Shown: one piece after another, positions 41,494-56,804 of the stretch | How positions within the stretch are numbered: position 1 is the first letter of the stretch | Layout: every line of letters starts with the position of its first letter | Assembly (NCBI RefSeq): GCF_009914755.1 | Contig: NC_060934.1 | Strand: one strand, 5' to 3' | Origin: the human T2T-CHM13v2.0 reference genome, Homo sapiens | Length of the DNA: 64,000 nt | The notes under the pieces: model-generated | Told to the model about the DNA's origin: nothing | The model's database searches: none | Seen by the model: only the letters and a program-made list of their open reading frames with translations | Position numbers and translations under genes: made by a program

Positions 41494-43539
41494 TGAGCTG
41501 CACACAGATTAAAATTACGAGCTACAAGGCCCACTCAGGCCTGAGTTTGATTTTCAGCTCTCCTACCTATTGGGTGGCCTCAGGAGACTTATTTACCCTC
41601 TGTGGGTTAGGAAGAGTAGCCAGTCCCCTAGGCTCCTGAGGCTTCAATGAAGCAGTGACTTAAAAGAGCTTAGCAGGAAGCCTACCACATAGTATGCACT
41701 CAATTAACATTGGCTGCATGCTTTCTTTCCTATGTCCTGCTTTAAATTCTTGCAAAACCTCTCTGTGTTTCCCAAAGCCTCTGATACAACTTTTTTCCCC
41801 AAAAAATACTTCTTTTGTTGTATGTGTAGACATGGTCCCTGTCTATGAAGCGATTCCAAACCCTATTTTGCAGCCTTTCATCCACTGAACCCCTGAGGAG
41901 TTGCTAGCCTGCACTTAACTTCTCCAGAAGCAACATTCTGCTGACCACTTTCTGGTGAGTACAGCAATGAACTTGTCAAGGAGCCAGCCAGGAGGAGTGG
42001 GAGCCAGGGAGGCAGGTGTGCACAGGCCAGGCAGGAATGGGGCCATCCATCTCCATCCTTTTCTCCATGTCCAAGTGTAAAGGGATTGTGTCTACAAGGC
42101 TGTCTCCGCCAACCTCGGGGAAGAAGCCAAGTCATTTCATCTGAAATTTTTACTTCCACCACAAGGGAAGGTTCCAGGGCAATTAGAACTATTGTAATTT
42201 CTTATTAAGGTCAAAAACAAATTGTAGGTATAGCCCATGAGTCACCTTCCTACACAGAAACAAATGAAATCTTCTAAGCGAATTGGTGAGCCTGTGTGTC
42301 CCACCCTTAATAATTGGGGAAAAGGGAGGGTACTGCCATCTCCTTCCTGCCTCTGAAATGCTCACTTTTTTTGGAAACCCAATAAAATTAATTCAAAGCA
42401 TGGATTAATAATTCATCTTGATATGTAAATAATTCATCATGAAAGTAGCCATATCACATTTTCACATTTTGAAGCCTATGCACTCCTTTATCGTGGGAGA
42501 GATGGATTTCCCCAGTTGACCTGCCGGAGTGGGTAAGGGACTGGGCACTCAGCCGCCCACACCTCAAGGATGCCAGAGCCCAGATCCAAGCCCGATGCCT
42601 ACTTCGAATCCAGCAGCAAAGATGTTTGTGGCTGCAGTGACCTAAGGTGGCCTGCTGAAGTCAGGATGCTTCTTAATGACCAGAGGGACTTGCTTGCCAG
42701 GTCTTTGGCCTCACCAGGATGTAAAAGGAATTCCTGTCGTGATCAAGCTCGCCACTGCTGATTACATTTTGGTCCTCCAGGAGGGCCTCCGAACGATGGC
42801 CTATCAATTATGCATTCCCCAACACACCTCACAGCCTGGCTTTCATGAAGGTCCTGTCTGAGCAGGTATCCCCCGCATCATTTCTGGGGAAGAGAAAAGA
42901 AATGGGGCACTGTCACCTGACAACCTCCTAAGAGCTGGGTGCAAAGGCCTAAGTGAGATGAGGGAGAAGTTGAGCTGGTCTGGAGGCTTCTCTCTCAAAC
43001 CCCATGGGGACCAATAAGGGGTCTGGACCACCCTCTGTTGCACGTATGTGGCTCTGGGGTGCAGCAGCCTCTCAATGTGTGCTCTAAGCTGGAGTCTGAG
43101 CTTATAAAGGACCCTAGAGTTCAGGTAATGCCAGCAGAGCTGCCCTCGTTTGAAAGATGAGCAATCTGAGGCTCGGAGAGGCACAAGCCTGGGGAATGTT
43201 GGCCTGGTAGGCTCTGGCTGGGCTTGAAATAGTCTGTAATCTGGTTGGAAAATCATTCCTGTATCTACTATTTCCCCATGATGGTGGATCCCCACTGATG
43301 CTGTGCATTCATTCATGGAGGTCTAGTTCAGAGCCAGACCCAGGCTCAGGGCTGGGGGCTGGGGGATGATGCAGAACCCCTTTTTGTGCCAAAGGAGCTT
43401 CCACTCTCAAGTTGGGGGAGGACTCCTAACAAAATCTGGGTGGTGACAGGGTTGTGCCATAGGATGGACAAGACCAACAGCCACACTACAAGCTGGCCTC
43501 GGCATCCCTCTCTGTTCACCCCCATTACCCTCCCTCACT

Positions 43540-43862
43540 CACTGCACGTCGGCCACAGGGGCCTGTGGTCAGTCACTCCCCAAAGCCCCTCCCACGTGGC
43601 ATGGCTCCTATGGCGCTTCAGGTGGCTGGGTCACTTCACCTTTCAGGTCCTCCTAGCTCAGCTCATCTGACAGAGCTCCCACCCAACTGCTTTTCCTCAG
43701 AGCACCTATCACAATTTGTCATCTAGCTCATGTTCCCTCTGCCACTGGACTGCAAGTTCCCTGAGGGCAGGCACTGTGCCCAATTTGTACACTGTTGTAG
43801 CCCATCCCATAGCACAGTTGAAGCTCAATGAATGTTGAACAAAAGAATGAACGAACGAATGC
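43540..43862 (+). mobile_element. L2 3' end
   Basis: ctggactgcaagttccctgagggcagg...gctcaatgaatgttgaa..gaatgaacgaacgaatg tail. Confidence 0.75.
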
Positions 43863-45359
43863 AAGGCAGACCCTGAAGCATGTCAACAGAAAGTTAAAAC
43901 TAAACAGCCCCAAGAGGGCTGAGATGAGATCCTCCACCTGGGAGATCTGAGACAGCTTCATGGAGGAGGCTGCATTGGAGCTTTGGGGATTCTCTGGCTC
44001 TTTTAGAAGTCCAAGGACTATGTATTCATTCTCAGTGGGGAGCAGAATTCCACAACTGTTCATGTACATTATTCAAATGTCAAAAAACTTGGGAAACACA
44101 GAAGTAATTGGTAGGTTTCTAGTTGAGCTTGGAATGGGAGTATGTGATTGCTGGGAGGGGGTCTTGGGTGTAGACAGGTGCAGGCTAGGGCAGAGTTTGG
44201 TGGTATAGCCCCTCTCTCTCCCTACCAGAGCATATCTCTCAGAGATCATGATATTTGTCAAGGATGAGGTCAATGTCTTTTCTCTGGGCAGTCCTGATGG
44301 GGACCAACACAGGCTTTCTACCTTCCTTTTATATACACAGGCTTACACGTGCCCACACCATGCCCACATCACATCCTTCACAGCAAGAGAAAAGAGGGCA
44401 GCCTGATACTTCTTGGCCTCAATATGCAAATTTATAGCTTGGGGACTTAGTAGTCCTGGCTCTGCAGCTTCAGGGAGAAAGTCTGGGATAATCATCAGAG
44501 ACCATACATAGGGAAGGCAGATGTGGGATTTCTCGTGCCCCTCTGGGATGAGGGTACTTGTCCTAACACAGTTTTTTATGAATATCCTAGTGTGTTTGTG
44601 GTGTATTTCACCCCCCAAGCAACCTCATCATTCCTCAGAGGTGAGCCATGATCTGGAAGAAGAAGTACTGGCTTTGAATCCAATCCCAGCTCATGTAAGT
44701 GTTACCAATTCCCTTGCTTTGTGACATCTCTGAACTTCAGTATCTTCATCTGCAAAATGACAACTCCCTGAAAGTACTGCTGTGCCTTCCAGAAATTAGC
44801 ATTAAAAAATTTTGTCAACTGCCCCATCTTAGAAACCAAAGGAGATGATCAAAACTGGCGTGGGGGAGAAGGGAGTGGAGAAAATGGAAACCAACAAAAT
44901 AGAAAAATAAGTACCCAGTTAGCCCAATTAAGAAAAATAATAAAGACAAAACAGTACTCAAAATTAGGATTGGGAAAGGGAATATGACCATTGGTATCAT
45001 ATGGAAGATGTTATAAGACTAATATAAAACTATATATACCAACAATGTAAAAAATTTGAAGTCAAAATCAAATGCACAATTTTCTATGAAAATATAAGTT
45101 GTTAAAATTAACTTTAAAAAATAAAAATTTTATCAGACAAAAGTCTGGAATAATTTGGGGGGAAAATTCATGAATTACAGCTCTAAACAATTTTCATCTT
45201 TTTAAAAAAGCAAAAGGCTCAAATAGTTTTATATAGAGTATTTCTTCCTTCAAAATTTCAGAGAATAAGTAATTTTCAAGCTATATAAACTATTACAGGA
45301 TATTTAAAAAAAGATGAAACCCAATTCTTTTTTCAAATTAGAGTATGATTAATAACCAT

Positions 45360-46114
<755 letters not shown>

Positions 46115-46334
46115 AAAAGATAAATCTGTAGGATAATATCATCAGTGAATTTACATTTAAAAATGCTAAATAAATATGTATGTATTTCAGATTTCAGAAA
46201 TATATTAAAAATCATGGAGTATGATTAAGTAGGGTGTAATCTGGTAATGCTAGGTTTGAAATCTATTAACATAATTTATCGAGTTAAAAATAATAAGAGA
46301 AAACATGATTGTACATTTGCAGTCCTATTAAAAT

Positions 46335-47355
46335 ATATTTACATAAGACATTCCAAAAAGAAAAATTGTTAAACTGGACTTCACGATAAAAAACTTTTGC
46401 CCTTCTAAATACCATTGAGAAAATAATATGATCCACAGACTAGGAGAAAATATTTGCAAGTCACATATCTGATAAAGGACATGTATACAGAGTATAAGAA
46501 AAATTCTTACAACTTAATAAGAAGGTAAACAGCATAGTTTTTAAAAAGGCAAAATATTTTAACAGACCCCTGACCAATGTAGATATATGAACTGTCAATA
46601 ATCATATGAAAATAGGCTCCCATCATTAGTATTAAGAATATATAAATTTAAATTAAAAGATATCACTACACGCCTGGCTCTAATCAAAAGGACTGACAAT
46701 GCCAAATGTTGGAAAGAATGTGGAGAAACTGGAACCCTCATCCATCGCTGTGGGAATATAAAATAGTACAGCCACTTGGGAAAACAGTTTGACAGTTTCC
46801 TAAGCATGCATCTGACATGCAAACCAACAATTCTGTGCTTAGCCATCTACCTAACTGGGATGAAAACATATGTTCACATAAAGACTTGTCCAAGAATGTT
46901 CACCACAGTATTATTCATAATAGCTCAAAACTGGAAACAACCCAAACGTCCATCAACTAGTGAATGGATAAACGGGTACACTCATTCAGCGGAATACTTT
47001 TCAACAATGAAAAAGGAATGGATTACTGATACATGCAACAACATGGTGACCCTCAGAAACTTCAGATGCCAGATACAAAAGTCTCTATGTCTTATGATTC
47101 CACTTATCTGTAATTTCTAGAAAAGGGACCAAAAGAGACAGAAAGCAGGTCCGTGTTTGCCTGGGGCTGGGTGTGGGAGCTGAGACTGACTACAGAGGGA
47201 CAAACAGAGAAAGTTCAGAGGTGATAGAAGTGTTCTAAAACTTGACTGTGGTGAGAAGTTACCAGCTGTGTAAGTTTACTAAAACTATCCAACTGTACCC
47301 TTAAAATGGGTGGATTTTATAGTATGTAAATTATACCTCCAAATGCTATTTTTAA
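46335..47355 (+). mobile_element. L1MB7/8-like 3' fragment
   Basis: aaactggaaacaacccaaacgtccatcaac; 3' end ccttaaaatgggtggattttatagtatgtaaattatacctc. Confidence 0.85.
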
Positions 47356-47373
47356 GTGTTTCTGAAAGGTTAC

Positions 47374-47781
47374 TGTAGTAGTCTGTTTTGTGCTTCTATC
47401 AAGGCATACCTGAACTTGGCTAATGTGTTAGGTTGGTTCAAAAGTAATTGCATGGCCCTGGCGTCTGCTTCTGGGCAGGATCTCAGGAAGCTTTCACTCT
47501 TGGTGGAAGATGAAGTGGAAGCAGGCGTGCCACATGACGAGAGACGGACAAGAGAGGGAAGGGAGGAGGTGCCAGGCTCCTTTTAACAATCAGATCTCGA
47601 TATCATATGAACAAACAGAGTGAGAACTCACACATTACCATGGGAGGGCACTGAGCCACTCATGAGGGATCCACCACCGTGGATCCCTCCAGGGAAACAC
47701 CCCCCGCCAGATCCCACCTCCAACACTGGAGATCACATTTCAACATGAGATCTGCAGGGCACAAATATCCAAACTATAGCA
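47374..47781 (-). mobile_element. MSTB-like solo LTR with internal rearrangements
   Basis: tgtagtagtctgttttg...ctcaggaagcttt...catttcaacatgagat...atccaaactatagca. Confidence 0.85.
47428..47451 (+). mobile_element. MADE1/Hsmar1 terminal inverted repeat fragment
   Basis: ttaggttggttcaaaagtaattgc, one mismatch to the recalled TIR TTAGGTTGGTGCAAAAGTAATTGC. Confidence 0.8.
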
Positions 47782-48879
47782 GATCTATAGCATGCAGATA
47801 AGTTGTTTTCTTTAATCCTAAAATGATTTGTTTATTTTGTTGTTGGGTTGTTCATACTTTTTCCTCTCAGTGAGCATATACAATTGTAACATTTTTTTTT
47901 TAAGTTCGCCCAAAGAGAACACCATGAGAATGACAGGAGATACAGTTCCTCAAACAATTTCTGCCATGGGGTAGAGTGGATGCTTGATAAAGAGAATGTT
48001 CCCTGTTTATACAAAAATCCCCTTCATTCCAGGCACCACTATAGCTTTCTGATCCACCCTAGACACGCCAGGGCAGCATTAGAGGCTGTAGCCCACCTGA
48101 GTGACTGACAGATGCTTATGCCTTCAGAGGGATGCTCTTTCCTCACCACCCACCATCTCATCTGCAGGATCCTTTATGACTGCTCTTAACAGGCTAGCCT
48201 GCCAAAGATGCTCCCTTCCCCAGTGATTCCTGGGCTCCTACCACCCATTCCCCGGCCGCAGTCGTAACAAGCTACTGTGATAGCAGAATTGTTTGCCTCA
48301 GAAAAAAAAAACAAAACAAAACTATAATGTCACAACAAACAGAAGCTCATGGGTTTGGCAGGTAGAGTGCAGGCTGTGCAGCAGCAAACTAGATGGAGGA
48401 GAGGTTGCTGGGATCTTCTGTCACAAACACCCCTGGGGATGGGGTAGAGGATCAGAACCAGGGACACTTAAGTTTTGCTGGTAGCAAATCCTAAAGTACG
48501 GGTTCTGGGATTGATCAGTCAACCTTGCCACTTACTTGAGCAGGAGCTGAGCCTTTCTGAGCCTCTGTTTCTCAGTTGCCTTCCAAACCTTTTGTGAAAA
48601 CCATTTTAGAAGACAAGAAAGTCTGTTGTAGCATGCTGCTCAGATTTTTAGTGACAATACTTGCTCTAACTCTTCCTGGGAGTGTGGTGAACTCTGGGAA
48701 TCAGATTATAGCTCAGGTTGGGCATAACCCTCCAACGATGGGAATTGTCCCAAAAGATGGGGTCTCCAATGATGTAGTGTATTTGAAGTCACTGGGGGGA
48801 ATGATTGGGGGTCAGGGTAGGTAAAGTCCAACAAGAGCGTTCTAGCCAAAGGGAATATTACCAAAACCCTGTCATTGTG

Positions 48880-50225
48880 GGAGGGTGGAATATTAGGGAC
48901 TAGACTTAATCTTCTGCTGTAAACAACTAGGAAAATGGAACAAATATATGAAACAACACTTTCTAGGATGAGACAAGGGCACTGATTCCTGAGAGTAGGG
49001 CAGGGGAGAAGTGAATCCCACAATTATCCAGGCCTTCTGGCTGTGAGCCCCTCGCTTTCTGCCTAGAGATGAGTTCCAGATCAGAGGCACAGGAGGAAGT
49101 CAGACTTCATAGCCTCACTGAATTGAAGAGACAGAAATGGAAGTTCAGGAAGGCTGAAATGGCTGGAAGTTGCAGGACATATTTCCAGAAGAGAAGAACT
49201 AACTCAAAAAAAGCTCCAGAAATCTGCAGAGCTATCCCCTTGATGTGTACTAGGCCTGCTTGCATAGAATGAAATGCCACAAAACCAGGCAAACAACCAA
49301 TGGGGAGTCGTAAACCACACAACTCCCAGAGTTCACACAGGGCAGAGAGACATTGGAAGTCTGGCAAGGAGAATGGAGAGTCCTCAGTGATCACCTGGGG
49401 CATTCAGTGGGGCCTCAGAGGAATTGCACCTAAACATTCAGCCTAAACCATCCCAACAGTGAGGGTGACTCCAGACCTGCCCTGGCAACTCCCAGAAACA
49501 GGCTGGAAGCAATCTAATAATCCACAAGCAGCTCAACTGCTTTCCGGAACAAAATCCAGACACTCAGCAGCACACAAGTCACCATGTCCATCATCCACTA
49601 CCAATTACCAGACATACCAAGAAGCAGGAAAGTGCGGACTATAACCAGAAGGAAAATCTGTCAAAAGAAAGAGATGAGAAATAGCAGAGATGATGGAGCC
49701 AGCAGACGAGGACTCTGAAACAGCTATTGTGTTCAACCATCTAAAGGAAAACAGGGACACAAGAAAGACAAAAGTAGGAGAAATCAAGAAGAAGACTCCA
49801 AAGATAAAAATTGCTCTATCTGAAATGAGTATTTCACTAGATTAAATTAACAATGGATTAGATCCTACCAGGAAAAGGCTCAGTAAACTTAAAGACTTAG
49901 AGAATAAATTTATCCTAAGGGAAGTGCAGATACTGAAAAACCAGCAGAGCCTCAGTAAGCTATGGGACAATACCAAACAGCCAAACATAAGCATGAAAGG
50001 GAGAGAGGCAAAAAAAAAAATGCATAAAATAATGGCTGAACATTTCCAAATTTGATGAAATGTATAAGCTCACATACCCAAAAAGGTCAATGAACCCCAG
50101 GAAGGATAAACACAAAGGAAACCAAGCCACAACGCATTACAAACAAATTGCTGAAACCAATGATAAAGAAAAAAATGATAAAGCAGTCAAAGGGGGTAAA
50201 AAGATAATTTATAGAGAGAGGGATA
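48880..50225 (+). mobile_element. Ancient L1M 5'UTR/ORF1 relic
   Basis: aattaccagacataccaagaagcagga...cagagcctcagtaagctatgggacaat...aaataatggctgaacatttccaaatttgatgaaa. Confidence 0.7.
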
Positions 50226-50239
50226 AAAGCTTGAAATCA

Positions 50240-50740
50240 TTCTGAAAGGCCTGGGAAGCAGTTTCCAGAGAAAAGATTGAGGGTTGGGCAAAACCCAATC
50301 ATACTGGCCAGATGGAGGGGCTTGGACTTGATTCAAAGGGTGGTAGGGGGCAGGAGGGCTTTAGATGGGGGCTGGGGAGTGCTGTCTTCAGATCTGTGTG
50401 GAGGGAGGTGCACTCCAGCCTCAGTGTGAAAAACTGTCGGAAAGCCCAGGCAAGGCACCCATGGAATGGGGCAGTGACAGAGAGGACAGCACAAGTGCAC
50501 CAACCAAGAGGTATTTAGGAAGTGGGGTCCTCTGGACTTGGGGTGGACAACAGACAGCAGGAGGAAGCATTGCCTCTGGCTGGGCCGTAAGCAATGGGTG
50601 GACATGGCACCATGGAGACAGGAACACAGGGATGATAGAGTTGGGGAGAGAATGAGTTCAGTGCCGGACAGCTCCCATTGAATGTGCTGTGGTGCAGGTC
50701 CTGCAGAAGTGTCTGGTGGGCTCATAGATGTGCACTTGGC
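50240..50740 (-). mobile_element. L2 fragment
   Basis: gagaatgagttcagt...gtctggtgggctcatag; degenerate antisense L2 pattern. Confidence 0.5.
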
Positions 50741-50755
50741 AAAGATGGCAGAGAC

Positions 50756-50910
50756 CAGGGCTTCTCCAATGAAAGTGCATTCAACTCACCCTGCCACCTG
50801 GAGACCTTGTTAGGAAACAGACTCCAATTTAGTCTGTCTCTTGTAGGACAGGATCTGCATTTCTCTAAGGGGCTCCCATGATGTTGATGGTTGATATACC
50901 ACAGTTACAG
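50756..50910. mobile_element. MER5-like relic
   Basis: cagggcttctc...cacctggagaccttgtta...atctgcatttct. Confidence 0.55.
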
Positions 50911-53299
50911 GAGCAAAGGTAGAGCACACACCACACAGAAGAGGTATTTTGTTGTTAATATTTCTCTTGTTCTCACCCCCACTCTGTATTTCCAGAGGCA
51001 GAGATGTTCTCTCTCTCTAAAGAAAGCAAAAAACAAAAACAAAATCTCTATCCTCTCTATCAGCCACCACCCACCCTCCCCCTCCAAACAGACAAGTGTC
51101 AGGCAACTGGCTGCTTTCCAAATTTCCCTGCCTGGCTCACCCGCTCTTAAAATACCCTCAGTCATAGATGCTTCTAGAATGTGAGCTGACCTGGAACACT
51201 GCGTCAAGGGCAGCAAAGCTTTCAAGCAGTTTCCTGGAACAAAAAAAAGAGAGAGAGAGGAGTGTCTCTGAAAATTAGACTTAGCATATCGCACAAGGGG
51301 CAAAGAATAGAGAGACTGGATTTGTTGGAAAGAATGCCAGCTGCCTGCCTAATGCACCTCGCTGCATCTCAGTCTTTTCGCCCATAAAACAGAGGCCATG
51401 GCACCCACCTTGCAAAGTGCTTGTGAGGAGGAAGCAAGATTTCACATGTGAACTGGTGTCTCTTCAGAATGGCCTGGCCTCAGGGTCAGCTGCACCTGGG
51501 CTCCAACCCTGGTCCCATCGCCTATTATAGAAGCAGTTCTTAAACATCTGTATAAACTTCTCTGGGCCACTTATCAAATAAGGATAGCAAAAGTCACCAC
51601 ACAGGGGTGTGACAATGACAAAATGAGTCCAGTCCACAAAGTACCTAGCACAACATCTACGCATAACAGGAGCACAATTTGTGCTAGTTGCTTCCTCCAC
51701 CTTCCTCTGCTGGAGACAATTTGTTAAGAATTCACAAAGACCCCTGTTTATCCCTCCCGTTATTTTTAACATTGCATAAATTGCTTGCCATTCTCTCTTC
51801 TCTCTCTCCCATTCCCCCTTTGACAGGCTTCCCACAATCCCACCTACATGAGGCTGAGAAATTCAAAAGGAAAAATAACCTTTGGTGTAGATTAGCAGAT
51901 GATAACACAATGCCAAGTCATTTTCTCATCAGGCATTCCTGATGGCATCGGTGCTGTGGCTGGCTGCCCCTGCCTATCACCCTTCTCTGTGTCAAGGCAC
52001 ATCTCCCACCCTGGTGCCCAATTAAACTATCCAGTTTCCAGAGTCCACTCACTGGGACCCCTCAGAGCCCAAGGCAAAAAATGTGCCCAGTTTGTGAAAA
52101 AGGAAATCAAAGCACAACTACAAAATGCTAGACGGTCTCCAGAACCAAAGGTGACTTAAGAGCTCTGAGCTTCCAGCCAAATTAGCCACTGGATCCACAG
52201 GCAGGAAGATCCTTAAAAGACTTCAAATGGGCATGTCCCAAGCTAGATACTGCCTGCCTCAGTGGCTGCATCACTGCAGAACGGGTTTCTAGTTCCCCCA
52301 CTGGCCCTAGTTTAGATAGTAAGAGATCTTCCTTGGACACAGCCCTCAGGTTGATTCAGATGGGTGGAAGGCAGGGAGGGCCAGGAGAAAGCCAGGTCCA
52401 GAGACCAAGATGTGGGCTGCTGAGCCCGTGCCCGCAATATTGGCTGCTGCCCCACTATGGAGGATGGGAGGGGGGATGAGAGGTCTTGGAGATAGGGATC
52501 CCATGGATGACAAAGGTGCTTCAAACACCCCTGCAGGAATAAGTCACCTGGGTTTAGATGCAAAGGAGGCCAGGCATGAAGGGTGGCTTTAGACAAGGCA
52601 TTGAGCTGCTCTGCACCTTGGATTCCCTTCTGAGAAAGTGGCCAGTCACCATTATGAGCACTACTGATCTGAACTGCAGAGAGAGAGAGAGAGGTCCCTG
52701 GGCTAGTGAGCAGTGACCGGGTTATGCTTATGTGCTTGAGTGAGCAGGAACACAAAACAGGGCACTGCCTCCCAGCGGCAACCTCCACTGACATGTTGGA
52801 CAAGACGTTCAACCCCTTCCCCGAGGCCAAAATGACACTTGTCCTCCAAAACCAGCCCCTTCTCAGTATGGAAACCTCCCCATGGGGTCACAAGATGGGT
52901 AAATGGCACATGATTGAAACGCTTGGGTTCTTCGTCCCGGGAGGCAGTCATGTCCTCCTCCTGATTTTTGGCACTTTGCGACCTCAGCCCATAAGGACTC
53001 TTTGGTGACTCTTCAGTGAGTCCATATGGGCTGAAGCTTTACTAAAGAGCTTAGCCTCGAGTCCTTCTCCTTCATCCAGCATTAACAGGTAGAAATATCT
53101 AGAACTGTATAAATTGTACAAATTACCAGGAAAGAGAGAAGTGGCATTTGTGGTCTTTGAGTGTCTAGCAGTCCCTCCCCTTCCCTAGCCATGCCCTGAT
53201 ATCTTTTTATTTTTAGTGTAACTGCCATAGAGAAAAGTGAGCAAAGTCACGAATGAGCACAAAGTGTCCCTCCTATGTAAACACCACCCAGGTCTCAAC

Positions 53300-53939
53300 T
53301 TAAAAAAAAACAGCTTTATTGAAATACAATTCACAAGCCATATAATTCACCCATTTAAAGTGTAGAATTCAATGCTTTTCAGTAAATTCAGACTACTGCA
53401 ATCACCACTACAATCAATTTTGGAATATTTTCATCACCCTAAAAAGAAACTCCAAACCATTTAGCTCTTACTTCCTCAATCACCTTCATCCATTCTGGCC
53501 TAGAAAACCACTAATCCACTTTCTGTCTCATGGATTTGCCTATTCTGGATATTTTATAGAAATGGAATCACACCATATATGGTCTTCTGTGTCTGACTTC
53601 TTCCATTTAGTAGAATGTGTTCTGTGTTCATCCATGTTGTTCATCCATGTTGTAGCATATATCAGTCCTTCATTCCTTTTTAAGGCTAAGTAGTATTCCA
53701 TCATGTGGATGCACATTTTATTTGTCCGTTTGTCAGTTAAGGGACTTCTGGGTTGCTTGCACTTTAGGGCTCTTGTGGATTATCCTGCTAGGAACATTTG
53801 TGTACAAGTTTCTACCTGGACATATGTCTTCATTTATCTTGGGTATGTACCTAAGAATGGAGTTGCTGAGACAGATGGTCACTTTGTGTTTAAGTTTTTG
53901 CCAAGTCAGATGGTAACTTTGTGTTTAAGATTTTGCCAA
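53300..53939 (-). mobile_element. L1MB-type 3' fragment
   Basis: cagctttattgaaatacaattcac..ataattcacccatttaaagtgta...tggatttgcctattctggatattt. Confidence 0.9.
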
Positions 53940-54345
53940 TTTCCTTTTGAGGAACTAGTTCTTTTCTACCAGATAGAGTCTCACAGGGCGGGTACAGATC
54001 CAAATCAAGCCCACCTTTCTTGGTTCTGGCCAATTTCCCAGTCTGCATCCCTAGCTTTTCTATTGATCCTGAGAGTCCTAAATATCCTTCCACAAATTCC
54101 TCGTCGGCGAGGTTAACCGGGGCTGCTTTCTGGGGCTTGCGTTCAAAGCAACCTGTCTGATGAAGCTTCTCACTCAGAGCCTGTGGACTGTCGGTGGGCA
54201 GCTCTGATTAGAGGGTGCTGTGGCACAGCAGGCAGGCCTGACATCACACAGGGCAGGGTGGCTGTGGTACTGGATTGCCAAGGTTTAGAGAAGGAATCCA
54301 GAACAATCTGCCAGATCCAACAGGGGACACCTTAGTAAAAATCCT

Positions 54346-54811
54346 TGTGGGGGCTGCAAAGTTCTGTATCTGACCCCGGGGGTCCTCTATCACATCCCCT
54401 TGGCACACCTTCGATTTCAGCTTCTTGGACAGTTCTGCGCATGCTCAGACTCACCCTGCGCTGTAAGCATCTCCCCTCCAGCACAGCCAAGCAACTCTCC
54501 CTAGCCTGTCCCTTAACCTCCCCAAGCACTGTAAGGGATCACTCATCGAGGTATAGGGAGTTTGGGGCCCAGAGTTAGTGCATAAATGTCCCAGGCTCTC
54601 AGACAATTCAGAGGAGTCTCCTGTGCTTCCAAGAAGTCCTAGTGAAACTGAGCTCTACTGTCTATGGCAGTGGCCTCATTTGAGTGCCCTGATATTGGCT
54701 TTCTCCTTTCGTAATGTACTTCCCTGCTTCTCAAGATCACTTCCTAAATAAACCACTGACACTCAAATCTTTGTGCCAGCATCCACCATTTGAAGAATCC
54801 AAACTAAAACA
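54346..54811 (+). mobile_element. LTR16-like (ERVL) solo LTR
   Basis: gacagttctgcgcatgctcag...gatcacttcctaaataaacc...ctcaaatc...ccaaactaaaaca. Confidence 0.65.
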
Positions 54812-55712
54812 ATATGCAAGAGCTCTTTAAGAAACAGTATGGCTCCACAGTACACACAGGAGACAAGAATGCTGGGCTAGGAGTCAGGATCCTGGGGCCC
54901 AAACTCTGGCTCCATGGGGCTCAAGCAGACCCTAAGATCCCTGTAAAACATTCTCCTTAGAGAAGTAGTCAGTGACGGCTTCTGCTCCCCATAAAGTTCT
55001 GAGTCTTAAGAGACGGTGTCCCTGACCCTGCCTTGGGCATTGCAGTGTCTTCTTGGGTCTTAGGTCTCAGCTATCACTCTGCAGCCAGACACCTCTGCAT
55101 CTTGCCGAGGACTCCAGCTGCTTAACCCATTTCCAGAACCTGTGGCTCTGCAGGAAGACAGGGCTAAAGCTGTGGTGGCTTGCTGTAACCATTTCGAGTC
55201 CTCACTGAGGTCATTCTTTGCAAAGGCCATTTGCAGCCCTGAGCAGTGGCCATACTCCACAAACCAGCCCCCTAGATATTCATATCATTCCACTCAGTAA
55301 ACTCCACCTCCAGACCTGGCTCATTTTCAGATAATGGGACAGGGTTCCTGCATATGATAAACTGGCCTTATCATAGTCCAAAAGTTTTGAAAGCACTAGA
55401 TTCCAAGCCTACCTCTGCCTCATTCATTCATTCATTTGTTCATTCAATTATGGCATTTATTTAAACCTAGCCGCTTTCAGCCCCTGCATGGGGCCAGGGT
55501 ACATAGCAAAGAATAACAGATTCTGCTCAAAAGGAGTTAGTCTTGGGGCAAGGCTAACTTGGGAATTGCAGTACAGGGTGGCGAGTGAAGGGAGGGGTAG
55601 GGAGGAGTGGGCAACAGAGGGGACTGAAGAGGTGCAATGTAGCAAACATTTCCATGCCTCACTCCGCATCTCCCTAGCCCATGGTGTGCTCCAGTCATTG
55701 CTGCAATCATCA

Positions 55713-56495
<783 letters not shown>

Positions 56496-56804
56496 GGCAA
56501 TTAACCCCATCTTAAGGTTGTCAGGAAGAATTCCTGGAGGAAGTGACTCCTGAAGCCTGTGTAGGGGTGGGCTAAGTGAAGAAGGAGGATGCCCAGGGCT
56601 TCCCAATCCCAGCCAAGGGTCAGACACCAAGAGCAAAGCCATAGCTGTGACAGACAACACTGTGTCTCCTGTGACCTGTGCACGGTTCACCCAGGTGTGG
56701 GGGGCCGTGGTGAGAGGTAACACTGGAGAAAAGGGCATGACTAGGTCTTGAGGACCTTGAGTGCACGCCGTGGATATTATTGTGGAAGCAAAGGGGAACC
56801 ATGG

